Virus record (IMG/VR): IMGVR_UViG_3300048792_000052
Coordinates: 1-54,663 of that record
DNA: 54,663 nt
From: a virus
Lineage: Duplodnaviria; Caudoviricetes
Strand: one strand, 5' to 3'
Below the pieces are notes generated by a model. It had not been told where the DNA came from. It worked only from the letters and a program-made list of their open reading frames with translations, and made no database searches. Below, piece by piece: positions 53,207 through 54,663 of the stretch (position 1 is its first letter; the number at the start of each line of letters is the position of its first letter). A program made the translations under genes and the position numbers.

Positions 53207-54268
53207 TTATGAAAATTGCTTCACGCGGACGAGCTGGGGCTTCCAGGTGGAACGGATAAGTTTTGTGAGCTTCTTTTGCCGCGCCCGGTTCCATCCAGCG
53301 TAAACTGTCGCAACGAGTTGTGGGCTGTTGCCGAGGATCATAGCGACTTCGGTAACAGGAACGCCTTGCTCCAAGAGGGATGCAGCCAGGGTGTGGCGAT
53401 AGCGATGGGGATGCGCGCCTTCCACCTTCGCACGGGTAAAGAGCTTGGAAAGGTCGTCCCTGAAATTATTGACGGCGGTTTGCTTCTTCCCTTCCCCGGT
53501 CGCGAAGAAGAAGTCATTGCTCTTGTTCGGACATTTTTCGAGGGCTTCAACGACGTGTTCAGGGAGTGGCAGCCAGACGGGCGCACCGGTTTTTGCGGTG
53601 TATAAAAAAAGGTTTCCGTCTTTCAGCTTGCGGCGCTGGAGCATCACGGCGTCGGCGATTCGTAAACCGCTATGGCGCAACAAGAGAACCATTGCGTAAT
53701 GCCTCGGATGCTTCGATGCTTCGGCTTCGATAGCGAGAAGTTCCTCCGGCTCGAAAGGGGAAACTTGTTTCGGCGGAACTTTCGGCATGGCAAGATCAAG
53801 CGCGGGATTCTTTTTCACCCACTCCTGCCGGATGGCGTGCTTCCAAAAACTCCGCAGCCGTTCGATGTACTTTGCGCTCGTGAGCGCGGACCACGTCCAC
53901 TCGTTCCTGAACTTTTCGATGAGGGGTGTGTTGATGGCGTTGAGGGGAAGATCGGTGAACGCGGCGAGCTTGTCCAAGATTATTTCAAACTTCCGAACGG
54001 TCGCCGATGAGACGTTTTTCTTCTTGAGATGTTCAAGAAAAAGTCTCTTGGCCTCGGCTACCGTGACGGAGGGCTCGGCTGGCGCTTCGCCATCCTCGAT
54101 CTGGCGCTTTAAGACTTCCCCACGCGTCCAGCTCCGCGTTTTCAAACTGCGGCGGATGTACTGGCCCTCAACGGTTCCCTCGCAATGTACCGCGCACCGG
54201 CACTTTCTGAAGTAGCGGTCCTCCTTGTGGGGGCATTTGGATTTGTGCCGTCGCCAGAGGATGAGCAT
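53207..54268 (-). CDS. int: Tyrosine integrase
   Basis: LLRHSGLRIAD, KTG, HPHRYRHT, LGNS, Y; adjacent to the tRNA att site. Confidence 0.93.
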   Translation of the reverse strand: MLILWRRHKSKCPHKEDRYFRKCRCAVHCEGTVEGQYIRRSLKTRSWTRGEVLKRQIEDGEAPAEPSVTVAEAKRLFLEHLKKKNVSSATVRKFEIILDKLAAFTDLPLNAINTPLIEKFRNEWTWSALTSAKYIERLRSFWKHAIRQEWVKKNPALDLAMPKVPPKQVSPFEPEELLAIEAEASKHPRHYAMVLLLRHSGLRIADAVMLQRRKLKDGNLFLYTAKTGAPVWLPLPEHVVEALEKCPNKSNDFFFATGEGKKQTAVNNFRDDLSKLFTRAKVEGAHPHRYRHTLAASLLEQGVPVTEVAMILGNSPQLVATVYAGWNRARQKKLTKLIRSTWKPQLVRVKQFS

Positions 54269-54341
54269 GTCCGATTATCGCACACTCTACAGCGCACCTT
54301 TTTGCTGATATCCGCAAACTGCTGAAACTAAACAAGATAGA

Positions 54342-54363
54342 TGGCGGAAGCTAGTGGGAGTCG
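54342..54363. repeat. Right att core (within the tRNA-Sec 3' end)
   Basis: Identical to 2112-2133. Confidence 0.95.
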
Positions 54364-54436
54364 AACCCACCTGCGACACGGAGTGCCCCACGCTGGTTTT
54401 GAAGACCAGGCCCAGCACCGGCCAAGACTAGCTTCC
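54342..54436 (-). tRNA. selC: tRNA-Sec (UCA)
   Basis: 95 nt, GGAAGCTA/TAGCTTCC 8-bp acceptor stem, CTTCAAA anticodon loop, long variable arm, GGTTCGACTCC, GCCA end. Confidence 0.93.
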
Positions 54437-54462
54437 TCGGTGATTCTAGCACCTGCAAGTCT

Positions 54463-54663
54463 TCAGCCTGTCGCCGATGCTCCCGCTTGTGTTCCCGCCA
54501 GGCCCAAGTCCGCGGCGTGCTGTTTCATGGCTTCGATGCAGAATTCGATGTGCTGATCCAAATCCACGTTCAATCCGGCTGCGCCATTCACAATGTCATC
54601 GCGGCTCACTGACCGCGCGAATGCTTTGTCCTTCAGCTTTTTCCGCACTGATTTGGTTTCCAC
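54463..54663 (-). CDS. HD/HDIG-domain protein, 3' part
   Basis: SVRKKLKDKAFARSVSRDDI..GA..L...L..HI.F.IEAM, the C-terminus typical of this family. Confidence 0.7.
   Translation of the reverse strand: METKSVRKKLKDKAFARSVSRDDIVNGAAGLNVDLDQHIEFCIEAMKQHAADLGLAGTQAGASATG

Larger units (their letters stand above)
4191..54317. promoter_or_regulatory. Dispersed 16-bp palindromic site TTGCGGAWWTCCGCAA (candidate ParB/operator sites)
   Basis: Exact 12-bp core GCGGA(AA/TT)TCCGC starts at 4193, 4823, 7037, 21111, 37690, 38570, 39173, 43614, 43912, 47801, 49279, 51104; single-mismatch variants near 29883, 36341, 42769, 54302. Confidence 0.8.
2112..54363. mobile_element. Prophage (HK97-fold, siphovirus-like) integrated in tRNA-Sec, carrying a mobilisation-like module
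   Basis: 22-bp direct repeats at both ends, tyrosine integrase next to the tRNA, head/tail/terminase/lysis gene set. Confidence 0.93.

Noticed and set aside
2112-54363. Alternative genetic code or selenocysteine readthrough in the phage
   Set aside because: Core genes are full length under code 11 and use TAA, TAG and TGA as ordinary stops, often in ATGA overlaps.
1-54663. CRISPR array, diversity-generating retroelement or retron
   Set aside because: No regularly spaced repeats, no reverse transcriptase motif and no TR/VR pair seen; the 16-bp palindromes are dispersed, not arrayed.

Overview
Almost the whole window is one ~52.2 kb prophage (2112-54363). It is integrated into the 3' end of a tRNA-Sec (selC) gene (54342-54436, minus strand), with a perfect 22-bp att duplication at 2112-2133. 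Flanking chromosome: partial motA, an HDOD protein and a DUF1778/GNAT toxin-antitoxin pair on the left; an HD-domain gene on the right. The host looks Acidobacteria-like (inference). The element carries an HK97-fold siphovirus-type morphogenesis set: terminases, portal-MuF fusion, protease/scaffold, capsid, tail tube, -1 frameshifted chaperone and tape measure. It also has lysis/glycan enzymes, early genes, three HNH-type endonucleases and many opposite-strand single-gene morons. Most unusual points: (1) a 16-bp palindrome TTGCGGAWWTCCGCAA occurs at least 12 times with an exact 12-bp core across the element, even inside genes, together with an orphan ParB-type protein and no recognisable CI repressor; (2) next to the integrase is a mobilisation-like module with two TraD/TrwB-like ATPases, a Replic_Relax/MOBC-like relaxase, a tRNA-like RNA and oriT-like inverted repeats; (3) a ~0.95 kb gene-free region with nested long-range complementarity; (4) a phage core that mostly lacks Shine-Dalgarno motifs, carries a recurrent AGGTCG leader motif and looks CPR/Patescibacteria-phage-like, in mosaic with host-like SD-led modules. 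All protein calls are by-eye motif recognition; no searches were run.
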